Below are positions 29,686 through 43,986 of a DNA stretch of 64,000 nucleotides, in pieces. The position numbers were made by a program, and so were the translations under genes. The stretch is taken from positions 85,856-149,855 of the forward strand of contig JAEELI010000017.1 of the NCBI GenBank assembly GCA_016288795.1. Direction: 5' to 3'. This stretch comes from Bacillales bacterium. GTDB lineage: Bacteria > Bacillota_I > Bacilli_A > RF39 > UBA660. The notes under the pieces are model-generated. The model saw only the letters and a list, made by a program, of their open reading frames with translations. It was not told the origin of the DNA and ran no database searches. Position 1 is the first letter of the stretch. Every line of letters starts with the position of its first letter.

Positions 29686-30252
29686 ATGAAAGAAATAGAA
29701 ATACTAGTTGAAGTTTTTGATGAAAAAGCTAAAGTTAAAAGGGCCTTAAAAAAGTATAATTATAAAGGTATAAAAAAAACTATAGATGAATATTATTATG
29801 ATCCATTAAGGAGTGAACTAAAACCTGATAAAAACAACAAAATTTATAATTGCTTACGAGTTAGAGAAAAAGATGGTATTTATTCATTCACATATAAAGA
29901 TGATGTGTATGAAAATGGTATATGGATATATTCTAACGAGTATGAAACTATAGTTGAATCAAAAGACATAGTAAAAAACATAATTGAAAAATTAGGATTA
30001 ATAAAGTTTATAGAAATCAACAATAAAAAAGAAACTTATGTAACAGATAAGTATGAAATAGTATTGGAAGATGTAAAAGATTTAGGATTGTTTTTAGAAG
30101 TAGAATCAGTTTCTAAAGACGAAGATGTTTTAAAAGTAAAAAAAGAAATACAAGAGTTTATTGATTCTCTAAATATCAAAGTTTCTGAAGAATTAAATAT
30201 GGGAAAACCAGAGATGTTTTTAAAAAAACATAACATAAAAATAGATAATTAG
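29686..30252 (+). CDS. CYTH-domain (triphosphate tunnel metalloenzyme / CyaB-like) protein
   Basis: N-terminal EIEIL (ExExK-like, Lys replaced) and C-terminal YEIVLEDVKDLGLFLEVE matching CYTH end motif. Confidence 0.55.
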   Translation: MKEIEILVEVFDEKAKVKRALKKYNYKGIKKTIDEYYYDPLRSELKPDKNNKIYNCLRVREKDGIYSFTYKDDVYENGIWIYSNEYETIVESKDIVKNIIEKLGLIKFIEINNKKETYVTDKYEIVLEDVKDLGLFLEVESVSKDEDVLKVKKEIQEFIDSLNIKVSEELNMGKPEMFLKKHNIKIDN

Positions 30253-30329
30253 TATATATCAATAAGCAGATGCTATACTGAATGCACTAGAAAAACAATA
30301 TATTAGCAACTTAGAAAGGTCGTGATAAT

Positions 30330-31052
30330 TTGAAAACATATATTGTTTTAGATGAATCTGGAGCCATGCATTTAAAAAATGAAAGATATTTTATAATCGG
30401 TGGCTTTGTTACTCAAGAATTACATAAAGTAACCTCAGCTCACAAAAGGGTTGAAGCTGTAGTAAAAAGAATTAAAAATATTCCTTTGAATAATAGAGTA
30501 GAATTAAAATCTTCAAAAATAAGCTTTAGTCAACAATTGATGTTTATAAATGAGTTATTATCTATAAAGGGAGTAATTCCAATAGTTATTATTGTTGATA
30601 AAGATAATTTAACTAGATTTACAGCTTCAGAGAATATGGCTTATAATTTCTTTGTTAAAAATATGCTAAATTATTTATTTAAATGTCCAATTAAACTATT
30701 AAAAAATAAAGATATAGAATTAAGAGTAGATAACCGGAGCACTTCTGTGAAGGCTAGAAAAGATTTAGAAACATTTTTAACTTGGGAGTTTGAAAAGAAG
30801 AAATTAGATTTAAAAGTGCACTACCTAAATTCTAAGTATAATCGTGATATCCAAATGGCTGACTATATTGCTAATATGTTTTGGAAAAAATATAATTCTC
30901 CTAAAATAGAAATAACATCAAGAATAAAGAAAATCAAAAAAATATATATATCCAAATTTCCTTACAAAGATTTTGGTAAAAATCCTAGTTTAAGAGAGAA
31001 AACTATTGTTAATTATAACAATAATGATATAATACTTAAAGAAGACCTTTAA
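30330..31052 (+). CDS. DUF3800-like protein (TTG start)
   Basis: N-terminal YIVLDESG motif typical of DUF3800; family call from memory. Confidence 0.45.
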   Translation: MKTYIVLDESGAMHLKNERYFIIGGFVTQELHKVTSAHKRVEAVVKRIKNIPLNNRVELKSSKISFSQQLMFINELLSIKGVIPIVIIVDKDNLTRFTASENMAYNFFVKNMLNYLFKCPIKLLKNKDIELRVDNRSTSVKARKDLETFLTWEFEKKKLDLKVHYLNSKYNRDIQMADYIANMFWKKYNSPKIEITSRIKKIKKIYISKFPYKDFGKNPSLREKTIVNYNNNDIILKEDL

Positions 31053-31106
31053 GGAGTATCGAATTAATATAAATAAGTTCTAATCGTATGTTAAGTACGA
31101 GATCCC

Positions 31107-31150
31107 TTGGGCAAGAAAAGTAACCTGTAAAGGTTATTTTTCTTTGCCTA
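31107..31150. terminator. long imperfect hairpin between DUF3800-like gene and pcrA
   Basis: GGCAAGAAAAG ... CTTTTCTTTGCC arms enclosing nested palindrome AACCTGTAAAGGTT. Confidence 0.4.
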
Positions 31151-31216
31151 AAATATAGTGTTTTTAATGACTTGAATGTTAGAAAATGATATAATTTATC
31201 TAGAGGTAGATGGCTC

Positions 31217-33303
31217 ATGAATAATTATTTAGACAACCTTAATAAAGAACAATTGCAAGCAGTAAAACATATAGATGGACCTTGTTTAGTAGTGGCAGGA
31301 GCAGGTTCTGGTAAAACTAAAGTCTTAACAACTAGAATTGCTTATTTAATAAATCAGGGAATACCAAGTGGTTCTATTTTAGCTATTACTTTTACTAATA
31401 AAGCTAGTAAAGAAATGAAAGATAGAATTAATAAATTAGTCGATAACAATTATGCTTTTGTTGGAACATTTCATTCTTTTGGATTGAGATTACTAAAAGA
31501 AAACTATGAAGAAGTAGGATTACATAAAAACTTTACTATTCTAGATAGTGATGATGTTTTATCTGTTATAAAAAAAATAATGAAGAATTTAGATATTAAT
31601 ATTAAAGAGATATCTCCATCATACATTAGAAATAGAATTAGTTTTATTAAAAATGAGATGCTAACTGATGCCGAAATAACCAGATTTTTTGATACTGAAG
31701 TAGAAAAAATAGCAGCAAAAGTCTATTTCGAATATGAAAAAGTTTTAAAGAAAAATAATGCCGTTGATTTTGATGATTTGTTAAAAAAACCAGTTGAATT
31801 GTTTCAAAAGAATGATGATATATTAAATAAATATCAAGATAAGTATCAATACATATTAATAGATGAATATCAAGATACCAATGAAGTTCAATATAAACTT
31901 GTTAAATTGTTGGCCAGTAAATATCGTAATATATTTGTAGTAGGGGATCAAAACCAAGCAATTTATGGTTTTAGACAAGCTAATTATAAAAATATTGTAA
32001 ATTTTGAAAATGATTATGAAGAGGCTAAAGTATTTGTTTTAAATCAAAACTATCGTAGCACAACTAATATATTAAATGTTGCTAATTCGGTTATTTCTCA
32101 TAATGAACATCGTAAAGAAGTAAACTTGTTTAGTGATTTAGGTGAAGGCGTTAAAATAAAATATTTAAGAAGTAATGATGATAAGCAAGAAGTAAATATA
32201 GTTGTTAATGAAATAAAAGACTTATTAAATAATGGGTATAAAAAAGAAGATATAGCGATATTCTATCGCACTAATGCTCAGTCAAGAATATATGAAGAAG
32301 CAATGTTAAAAAATAATTATGCTTATAAAGTAGTTGGAGCGTTTTATTTCTATAAAAGAAAAGAAATTAAAGATTTAATTGCTTATTTAAGATTAATTAA
32401 TAATCATGATGATGATGTAGCATTAAAAAGGATTATTAATGAACCAAAAAGAGGTATTGGTTTAAAGACTATAGAAAATCTAGAAAAAGAAGCAGAGAAT
32501 AATCAAACATCAATATTTGAAACAATATCTAAAGGAAAAGAATTAGAATTTAAAAAATTGATTGAAACTTTAACCAAAGATAGTGAATCACTATCACTTA
32601 CAGAAATCATAGATAATGTTTTAGATAAAACTGGAATGAAAGATAGTTTATCTAATATGAGTACTGAAGATATAGATAGATTAGATTATTTGATGGAATT
32701 TAGAAGTATAACAGAAGAATATCAAAATAGAACAGGAAGTGTTAATCTTCAAGATTTCTTAGATGAAATAAGCCTAATATCAGATATATCAGAACATAAA
32801 GAAGAAAGTGATGCAATAACATTGATGACTTTGCATTCTGCCAAGGGCCTAGAGTTTAAAGTAGTGTTCATGGTAGGAATGGAAGATGGTTTATTACCAC
32901 ACTCTAATTCATTTGATGAAAAAGATGGGATTGAAGAAGAAAGAAGATTATGTTATGTTGGTATTACAAGGGCTAAAGAAAGATTATATTTGACTAATGC
33001 TAAATATAGAATGCTCTATGGAAAAGATATTTCTAATCCACCATCTAGATTTATTGCTGAAATAGATAAAAAATATTTAGATTCAAGTGAACTACAAGGA
33101 GAAGAAAATAGATTAAATAAAGAATTACTGTATGGTGATGATAATGAAATATATAAATGTGGAGATGTAGTTAATCATTTATCATTTGGTAGAGGCGTAG
33201 TTATATCACATGATGAGAGATTTGTAACCGTGGCATTTAATAAAAGATTTGGAATTAAGAAATTTTTAAAAAACTATAAAGGTTTAATAAAGGAGGAAAA
33301 GAA

Positions 33304-33307
<4 letters not shown>
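31217..33307 (+). CDS. pcrA: ATP-dependent DNA helicase PcrA (UvrD family)
   Basis: Walker A AGAGSGKT, helicase motifs, 696 aa, upstream of ligA. Confidence 0.9.
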
Positions 33308-36210
<2,903 letters not shown>

Positions 36211-36224
<14 letters not shown>

Positions 36225-36369
36225 TAGCTTCTCTTGCACTAATAATTACTTTTTTACCATCAATTGTTTTCTTTTGTAAATTTGGCTTTTGAACCATTTT
36301 GGTAGCATTTAAAGCATGACTTCTTTTATTACCTGTTAAAGGTTTTTTAGTTGTAATTTTCTTTGCCAT
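36211..36369 (-). CDS. rpmB: 50S ribosomal protein L28 (52 aa; absent from ORF track)
   Basis: reverse-strand translation [52 protein letters not shown] matches L28 (GNxxSHAxNxTKR..PNLQ); GGAGG RBS. Confidence 0.8.
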
Positions 36370-36557
36370 AGATAGAAAGCCTCCTTTTTCTCTTTAAAAA
36401 TTTTACTATATTATATATGATATGTCAAATGTTTTGCGGGAATTAGCAATTAAAAAAAGGAAAATTATTTATTCAAAACAAACATTAATATTAGGGGGGA
36501 TAAGATTATAGATTACTATGGGGAAATTATGTTATAATTACATTAAGGAGGGTTTAC

Positions 36558-39419
36558 ATGATTGCGCCATTAAAAGTAACAACCGATTTCAGTCTTTTAA
36601 AAAGCTTAATTAAAATAGATGACTTAATTAGTTTTTGCATTGAAAAAAACATTAAAGAATGCGCAATCTGTGACTCAAATCTTTTTGGAAGCATAGAATT
36701 TTATAAAAAATGTATTAGTAATAATATTAAACCAATAATAGGTTTAGAATTAAATATTAATGATAATATAATTTATTTATATGCTGAAAATTATGATGGA
36801 TATAAAAATATGTTGAAGATTAACTCTTTAATCTTTGATGGTTTAATAACTATAGATATTCTAAAAAAATATAAGGAAAATGTTTTATTGGTTGTTCCTT
36901 ATAAATATATAAATATAATCGATACTTTGGATTTTTATAATAATAGATATATTGGCTATAAAAATGAATATGAGGAACAAAATAGTTTAATTAAAGGTGA
37001 AAATGTTATTTATATTAATGACATTAAAGTTTTAGATGCAAAAGATATAAAGTATTTGAATTATTTAGATAAACTAGCCGAAAGAGAAGAAGTTAATTAT
37101 CAAGATTGTTATTATAATTCTAAAATAGAAGAACCTCCTAAAAATAGAGAGGTCATATCTAAATTAAATTTAGAAATGCCTATTAATACATACTATATTC
37201 CAAAATATAAAGAAAATATTGATTCATTTGAATTATTATCTAAACTATGTTTTAAAGGATTACAAAAGAGATTAAATAATAATGTAACTCCTAATTATGT
37301 TGAAAGATTGAAATATGAGTTATCAGTTATAAATAAGATGGGATATGTGGATTACTTCTTAATAGTGTATGACTATGTTTTATATGCTAAAAAGAATAAT
37401 ATATTAGTTGGCCCAGGAAGAGGAAGTGCCGCGGGTTCTTTGGTTTCATATGTAATAGGAATTACAGATATAGATCCAATTAAATATAATTTATTGTTTG
37501 AAAGATTTTTAAACTATGAAAGAGTATCTATGCCAGATATAGATATTGACTTTGAAAATTTAAAAAGAGAAGATGTTATAAATTATGTTAAGAATAAATA
37601 TGGACATAATAATGTCTCTGGAGGATTAACTTGGACAACATATAAAACTAGATTAGTCTTGAGAGATGTTTCTAAATTATTAAAAGTAGATGATAGATTA
37701 TTAAATAAGTTTATTAAAGTTGTAAATAGGGATATTTCTTTAAGTGAAAATCTTAATAAAAAAGAAGTTAAAGAATATTTAAATAGTTATAGTGAATTAA
37801 AGAAAGTATATGAAATATCACTACACTTAGAGGGGTTAAAGAAAAACATTTCTACTCATGCTGCTGGTATAGTAATTGCAGATCGTCCTTTGGATGATAT
37901 TATCCCTATGTATAAAAAAGAAGATATATATTTAACAGGAATAGATTTAGTATTTTTAGAAGATATGGGGTTATTAAAGATGGATTTCTTAGCTATTAGA
38001 AATCTCAGCACTATAAGTGCAATTATTAATAAGATAGATAATTTTAAATTAAGTGAAATTCCTTTAGATGATAAGCATGTTTATAAATTATTTTGTGAAG
38101 CAAAAACAGATGGGATATTTCAATTTGAAACCTACTCATTTAAAAATATATTACCAAAGTTTAGGCCAAAGAATTTTTCAGAATTAATTGCATTGATTGC
38201 CTTAAATAGGCCAGGTCCTTCTCAAGAATTAGAGTCATATATAAAAAGAAAAGATAATAAAGAAAAAATAACTTATTATCATGAGTCATTAAAAGATATA
38301 TTAGAAGAAACTTATGGAGTAATAGTTTATCAAGAACAAGTTATTAATATTTTAGTTAGGGTAGCTAAGTTTAGCTACGCTGAAGCTGATAATATTAGAA
38401 GAGCTATGTCTAAGAAAAAAGAAAGTATTATTCTAGAAGAAAAAGATAATTTTATAAAAAGAGCCACAGCGAATGGTTATAGCACTGATATAGCTAATGA
38501 TATCTTTAATCATATATTAAAGTTTGCTTCTTATGGATTTAATAAATCCCATAGTGTTTCATATGCGACAGTATCTTATTGGATGGCATATTTAAAAGTT
38601 CACTATAATACATTATTTACCTTTGAATTACTAAACAATTCTTTAGGTAGTAGTGAGCAAATAAAAAAATATTTAAATGAGTTAAAATCTAATGATATAA
38701 AAATAGAAAAAACAAGTATTAATTATTCAGAAAAAAGATTTGGTATAAAGTATAATTATTTGTTTTTACCATTTAAATTAATTAGAGGTTTTCGTTCTGA
38801 GACTATTGATAAAATAGTAAGTGATAGAGAAACCCTAGGCATTTATAAAGATATATTTGATTTCTTTGGAAGAACATCTACTTTCTTAACTAGAAATGAA
38901 TATATTATGCTAATAAATGCCTCTGCTTTAAGAGAGTTTAAAATAAACAACAAGACCTTAATGGAGAATTTAGACAGTTTAATTAACTATGGCTCTATCT
39001 ATAATGAATTAAAAGAATTTGCATTGAAACCAGAAATTAATTATAAAGATGAATATGAAGAAAATAAACTTAGAGATAGTGAAATAAATAGTTATGGTTT
39101 CTTTATTAGTAATCATCCAGCTAGTAAATATAATGGTCAAGATATTGTCAAATTAAATAATATTAATAATCATCTATTTAAGAATATAATTTGTTATGTT
39201 ATGGTTGAAAGCATTCACTCAATTAAGACTAAAAAGGGTGAAGATATGGCATTTTTGACAGGTAGTGATGAAACAGGCTATTGTGATTTTACTGTGTTTC
39301 CAAAAAACTATAATTTATTACAAAATATAAATAAAAATGATATTATAAAAATATGGGGTCAAGTTTCTAAAAGATATGATAAAATTAGTGTGGTTGTAAA
39401 TAACATCATAAAGGAGTAA
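36558..39419 (+). CDS. dnaE: DNA polymerase III alpha subunit DnaE (short, 953 aa)
   Basis: N-terminal PHP domain, polymerase core, C-terminal OB region; AAGGAGGG RBS. Confidence 0.8.
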   Translation: MIAPLKVTTDFSLLKSLIKIDDLISFCIEKNIKECAICDSNLFGSIEFYKKCISNNIKPIIGLELNINDNIIYLYAENYDGYKNMLKINSLIFDGLITIDILKKYKENVLLVVPYKYINIIDTLDFYNNRYIGYKNEYEEQNSLIKGENVIYINDIKVLDAKDIKYLNYLDKLAEREEVNYQDCYYNSKIEEPPKNREVISKLNLEMPINTYYIPKYKENIDSFELLSKLCFKGLQKRLNNNVTPNYVERLKYELSVINKMGYVDYFLIVYDYVLYAKKNNILVGPGRGSAAGSLVSYVIGITDIDPIKYNLLFERFLNYERVSMPDIDIDFENLKREDVINYVKNKYGHNNVSGGLTWTTYKTRLVLRDVSKLLKVDDRLLNKFIKVVNRDISLSENLNKKEVKEYLNSYSELKKVYEISLHLEGLKKNISTHAAGIVIADRPLDDIIPMYKKEDIYLTGIDLVFLEDMGLLKMDFLAIRNLSTISAIINKIDNFKLSEIPLDDKHVYKLFCEAKTDGIFQFETYSFKNILPKFRPKNFSELIALIALNRPGPSQELESYIKRKDNKEKITYYHESLKDILEETYGVIVYQEQVINILVRVAKFSYAEADNIRRAMSKKKESIILEEKDNFIKRATANGYSTDIANDIFNHILKFASYGFNKSHSVSYATVSYWMAYLKVHYNTLFTFELLNNSLGSSEQIKKYLNELKSNDIKIEKTSINYSEKRFGIKYNYLFLPFKLIRGFRSETIDKIVSDRETLGIYKDIFDFFGRTSTFLTRNEYIMLINASALREFKINNKTLMENLDSLINYGSIYNELKEFALKPEINYKDEYEENKLRDSEINSYGFFISNHPASKYNGQDIVKLNNINNHLFKNIICYVMVESIHSIKTKKGEDMAFLTGSDETGYCDFTVFPKNYNLLQNINKNDIIKIWGQVSKRYDKISVVVNNIIKE

Positions 39420-39422
39420 AAC

Positions 39423-42400
39423 ATGGAAGAATTAAAGAGATTTTTAGCATCAATTAATTTTGATTATTGTGATGATTTAAATAGAACTATTATAGATAAA
39501 GTAGTCTTAAAAAAGGATACAGAAACTTATAATGTATATTTAAAAAGCGAAAATGTTTTAGATTACGACTTAGTCATAAGTCTTTTTAATGCTGCCAAAA
39601 AAGGAATTAATGGAACATATAAGTGTTTTATTGAACTTAGTTATGATAATATCACTGATAACGACATTAATGGTTATATTAATCATATTTTAAGCGCTAT
39701 TGTATTTGAACACCCATCTTTAATGGGATTAGAAAACTCATTTAAAAAATTAGAAGATGATATTATTTACTTAGAAGTAGCAAATAAAGACGAAGAAAAA
39801 TCATTAAAAAGATATCGGGCTAAACTAATTAATGAACTTATTAATTTAGGCATTGGATCTTATGATGTTAGTGTCTATATTAATGAAGAATTAGAAAAAG
39901 ATATTAAAAAAGAAATAGAAGAATCTAAGATAGTTAAAATAAATACTAAAGAGGATAATCCAGTTATCTTTGGCTTTCATAAAGATGGGGAAGTAACCCA
40001 AATAAAGAATATAATGGGAGAACAAAAAAATATCATAATAGAAGGATATATTTTTGGAATTGATGAAAGCGTTCGTAAAGGACAAAAAGGAACGGCCTAT
40101 ATTATTAATTTAAAGGTTAGTGATAAAACAGATAGCTTCCTAGTTAAGTTTGTCAGATTTAAAGAAGAAGAGTATAACGCGATAAGAAAAGGTGTTAAAG
40201 TAGGAAAATGGTATAGAATTGTTGGCAATGTTGAAATGGATAACTTCTTAAGACAAATGGTTCTAGTAGGTAGAAGTATCGAATCAATTAATAGTAAAGA
40301 CATTGCAATTGCTGATGATGAAAAAGATAAAAGAGTTGAATTACATGCTCATACAATGATGAGTGCAATGGATGGAGTTATTGATGCTGCTTCATTAGTT
40401 AAGTTTGCTCATTCTCTAGGTCATAAAGCAGTAGCAGTTACAGATCACAATTGTCTGCAAGCATATCCTGATTTATATCATACTGTATGCGACATAAATA
40501 AAGGTATAGAAAAAGAAGAAGATAAGTTTAAAGTTATTTATGGCGCTGAGATGAGTGTTGTTAACAATGAAAATGATTTAATCCACAATTTAAAAGATTA
40601 TTCTTTATTAGAACAAGAATATGTTGTTTTTGATACAGAAACAACAGGTTTTACCCCTTATTCTGATCAAATGATTGAAATCGGGGCAGTAACTATTAAA
40701 AATGGTGAGATATTATCGAGATTTGATGAGTTAATAAATCCAGGAAGAAAATTACCAGAAAGAATTGTAGAATTAACTAATATTACTGATGACATGTTAG
40801 TTGATTGTGATATAGAAGAAAATGTAGTTCAAAGATTTTTAGAATATGTCCAAGATAAACCTATGGTTGCTCATAATGCCAAGTTTGATATTGGGTTTAT
40901 CAGTGCCGCGATGAATAAATATAATTTAGGAGAATTCACTAATACAGTTTTAGATACAATGAGTATGGCAAGAATGCTATATCCTAATTGGCGAAATCAC
41001 AAATTATCAACATTAGTTAAAGAATTGGATGTTCCATGGGATGAATCAGCTCATCATAGAGCAGATTATGATAGTGAAGGCACTGCCATAGGCTTTTATA
41101 AAATGTGTAAAGTTCTCTATAATAGAAATGTTGAAACAACTAAAAAATTATATGATTCTGTTGATTTAGAGGAATTATTAAAATTCTCTAGGCCATTCCA
41201 TATGTCAGTTTTAGTTGAAAACAAAACAGGATTAAAAAACTTATTTAAAATAATTAGTTATGCAAATACTAAATATTTATATAAAGGTGACCAAGTAAAA
41301 CTCCCTCGAAACGAGTTAAACGAACATCGTGAAGGATTACTTTTTGGAAGTGGTTGTGTCAATGGTGAAATATTTGAATCTGCATTTTCAAAAGAAGACG
41401 AAGAGTTAGCTAAAATGATGCAATATTATGATTATATTGAAGTCCAACCACCTGAGGTATATTCATTCTTAGTAGATATGGAAAGTAGCCCTATTAAATC
41501 ACTTGCGGATATTTATACTCAAATTAAGAAAATAGTTCGTGTTGCAGAAGAGGCTGGAGTAATGGTTTGCGCTACTAGTGATGCTCATCATTTAACCAGA
41601 GAAGATAAAATATATAGAGAAATTATTATAAATCAAAAATTTAATGGTAGATTACATCCTTTAAATAAAAGAGATGTTAGAGTTCCTGATATGCATTTTC
41701 GAACAACTAAAGAGATGCTGGATGATTTTGCTTTTTTAGGCGAAGATAAAGCTAAAGAAATTGTTATAGATAACCCAAATAAAATAGCTAGTAAATGTGA
41801 AATAGTTGAAGTTATTATTGAAACCGGGGGAGTTCCATTTTCTCCTAAAATAAAAGACTCAGCTAAAATAGTTGAAGATATGGTATATAAAAAAGCTAAA
41901 GAGTGGTATGGTGACCCACTTCCTGATAATATTCAAGATAGAATTGAACAAGAATTAAAAGGTATTATTGGCGGAGGATTCGATGTAATATATTTAATTG
42001 CCCAAAAACTAGTTAAAAAAAGTAATGATGATGGATTCTTAGTTGGAAGTAGAGGGTCCGTCGGTTCTTCTTTTGTTGCTACTATGATGGGTATAACTGA
42101 GGTTAATCCTTTACCAAGCCATTATCGTTGTCCTAAATGTAAACATAGTATATTTAAAAATGATCAAGGAGAAGATTTAGCAATAGAGTTTGGTATTGGC
42201 TTTGACCTTCCTGATAAAGATTGTCCAAAATGTGGAGCAAAGATGATTAAAGATGGAGAAGATATGCCATTTGCAACATTCCTTGGATTTAATGCAGATA
42301 AAGTTCCCGATATTGATTTAAACTTTTCGGATTTAAATCAAGCTGCTGCTCACGAATATACAAAAGTGTTATTTGGAGAAGATAATGTATATCGTGCTGG

Positions 42401-43748
42401 AACTATAGGAACAGTTGCTGAAAAAACAGCATATGGATTCGTTAAAGGTTATTGTGAAGATAATAATATTATCATGAGAGATATAGAAGTTGAAAGATTA
42501 GCTAGAGGATGTGTTGGCGTAAAAAGAACTACTGGCCAACACCCAGGAGGTATTGTTGTTATCCCTGATTATATGGATGTATTTGATTTTACACCATATC
42601 AATATCCTGCTGAAGATGTAGATGCAGCGTGGAGAACAACACATTTTGATTACCACGCTATTGATCAAGATGTTTTAAAACTAGATATTCTAGGACATAC
42701 TGATCCAACTCAATTAAGAATGTTGCAAGATTTAACTGGAATTGATGTTCGAACAGTTCCATTTGATGATAAAGAAACTATGGGATTATTCTTATCGCCT
42801 AAGCCACTTGGAGTAACATCAGATCAAATAATGAATGAAACTGGAACTCTAGGAGTGCCTGAATTTGGAACTAACTTTACAATAGGTATGTTAAAGGATA
42901 CTAAACCAACTACTTTTGGTGAATTAATTAAAATATCAGGCTTATCTCACGGAACTGATGTTTGGTTAGGTAATGCTCAAGAATTGATAAGAAGAGGAGT
43001 TGTTCCTTTTAAAGAAGTAATTGGTTGTCGTGATGACATTATGGTATTTTTAATTCAATCAGGCCTAGAGCCATTAAAAGCATTTAAAATAATGGAATTT
43101 GTTCGTAAGGGCAAAGCCTCAAAAGACCCAGATGGCTGGGCTAAGCATAAAGAAACCATGCAAGATGCTGGCATTCCAGATTGGTATATAGATTCATGTC
43201 AAAAGATAAAATATATGTTCCCTAAAGCACATGCTGCTGCATATGTTATGAGTGCATTTAGAATTGCTTGGTTTAAAGTTCATAAACCAGCCGAGTATTA
43301 TGCTTCATACTTTTCAACAAGATTTGATGACTTTGAAATAGAAACTATGATTAAAGGTTATGATGCAATTAGAACAAGAATAACTGAAATTATTGGTAAA
43401 GGATATGAGGCCACAACCAAGGAAGTATCTTTATTAGAAACATTAAAATTAGCCCTAGAGGCAACAGCTAGAGGATTTAAGTTTGGTAATATTGATATTA
43501 AAAAAAGTCAAGCAAAGAATTATATTATTGATGATGATGGTAAAACCCTAATATCTCCATTTAGAACATTAGATGGCCTTGGAGATGCTGTTGCCAATCA
43601 AATAGTAGATGAAAGAAGCAAAAAAGAATTCTATTGTATAGAAGATTTCCAAATAAGAGGAAAAGTAAATGTATCTACTATGGATAAATTAAGAAACTTA
43701 GGTGTATTTAAAGATATGCCAGAATCAGCTCAATTAAGTTTATTTTAA
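39423..43748 (+). CDS. polC: DNA polymerase III PolC-type
   Basis: 1441 aa; 3'-5' exonuclease motif VVFDTETTGF, PHP and polymerase domains, Zn finger CPKCKH...CPKCG. Confidence 0.92.
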   Translation: MEELKRFLASINFDYCDDLNRTIIDKVVLKKDTETYNVYLKSENVLDYDLVISLFNAAKKGINGTYKCFIELSYDNITDNDINGYINHILSAIVFEHPSLMGLENSFKKLEDDIIYLEVANKDEEKSLKRYRAKLINELINLGIGSYDVSVYINEELEKDIKKEIEESKIVKINTKEDNPVIFGFHKDGEVTQIKNIMGEQKNIIIEGYIFGIDESVRKGQKGTAYIINLKVSDKTDSFLVKFVRFKEEEYNAIRKGVKVGKWYRIVGNVEMDNFLRQMVLVGRSIESINSKDIAIADDEKDKRVELHAHTMMSAMDGVIDAASLVKFAHSLGHKAVAVTDHNCLQAYPDLYHTVCDINKGIEKEEDKFKVIYGAEMSVVNNENDLIHNLKDYSLLEQEYVVFDTETTGFTPYSDQMIEIGAVTIKNGEILSRFDELINPGRKLPERIVELTNITDDMLVDCDIEENVVQRFLEYVQDKPMVAHNAKFDIGFISAAMNKYNLGEFTNTVLDTMSMARMLYPNWRNHKLSTLVKELDVPWDESAHHRADYDSEGTAIGFYKMCKVLYNRNVETTKKLYDSVDLEELLKFSRPFHMSVLVENKTGLKNLFKIISYANTKYLYKGDQVKLPRNELNEHREGLLFGSGCVNGEIFESAFSKEDEELAKMMQYYDYIEVQPPEVYSFLVDMESSPIKSLADIYTQIKKIVRVAEEAGVMVCATSDAHHLTREDKIYREIIINQKFNGRLHPLNKRDVRVPDMHFRTTKEMLDDFAFLGEDKAKEIVIDNPNKIASKCEIVEVIIETGGVPFSPKIKDSAKIVEDMVYKKAKEWYGDPLPDNIQDRIEQELKGIIGGGFDVIYLIAQKLVKKSNDDGFLVGSRGSVGSSFVATMMGITEVNPLPSHYRCPKCKHSIFKNDQGEDLAIEFGIGFDLPDKDCPKCGAKMIKDGEDMPFATFLGFNADKVPDIDLNFSDLNQAAAHEYTKVLFGEDNVYRAGTIGTVAEKTAYGFVKGYCEDNNIIMRDIEVERLARGCVGVKRTTGQHPGGIVVIPDYMDVFDFTPYQYPAEDVDAAWRTTHFDYHAIDQDVLKLDILGHTDPTQLRMLQDLTGIDVRTVPFDDKETMGLFLSPKPLGVTSDQIMNETGTLGVPEFGTNFTIGMLKDTKPTTFGELIKISGLSHGTDVWLGNAQELIRRGVVPFKEVIGCRDDIMVFLIQSGLEPLKAFKIMEFVRKGKASKDPDGWAKHKETMQDAGIPDWYIDSCQKIKYMFPKAHAAAYVMSAFRIAWFKVHKPAEYYASYFSTRFDDFEIETMIKGYDAIRTRITEIIGKGYEATTKEVSLLETLKLALEATARGFKFGNIDIKKSQAKNYIIDDDGKTLISPFRTLDGLGDAVANQIVDERSKKEFYCIEDFQIRGKVNVSTMDKLRNLGVFKDMPESAQLSLF

Positions 43749-43781
43749 AAACACTTAGATAATTATCTAAGTGTTTTTTTG
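43749..43781 (+). terminator. rho-independent terminator after polC
   Basis: AAACACTTAGATAATTATCTAAGTGTTTTTTTG perfect hairpin + U-tract. Confidence 0.75.
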
Positions 43782-43986
43782 TCTAATAATTATTATTACT
43801 TTTAAGCAAAATAATAGATGCCGTTGTGATACTAGTATTATTACTAGTAACTCAATAGCGTCGCAACAATATAAATTGGCGGCGCGAGAATCACGATGCT
43901 TACTTATATATATGCTATTTTATAAGCATTATCACTTAATTAATATATCTTTTTTATTTATCTTTTCTTATATCTTTGATAAAATT

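Noticed and set aside
31052-31216. Possible att-site direct repeat of the tRNA-Arg 3' end downstream of the DUF3800-like gene
   Set aside because: Could not find a copy of the tRNA 3' segment (TTCAAATCCCTCCAAGAACACC) by eye; island boundary therefore unproven; only a hairpin is present.
43771-43986. Track N-terminal extension of yqeG (MFFCLIIIITFKQNNRCRCD...)
   Set aside because: Runs through the polC terminator and a palindromic intergenic region; HAD motif I begins shortly after the internal Met; no RBS at 43771.
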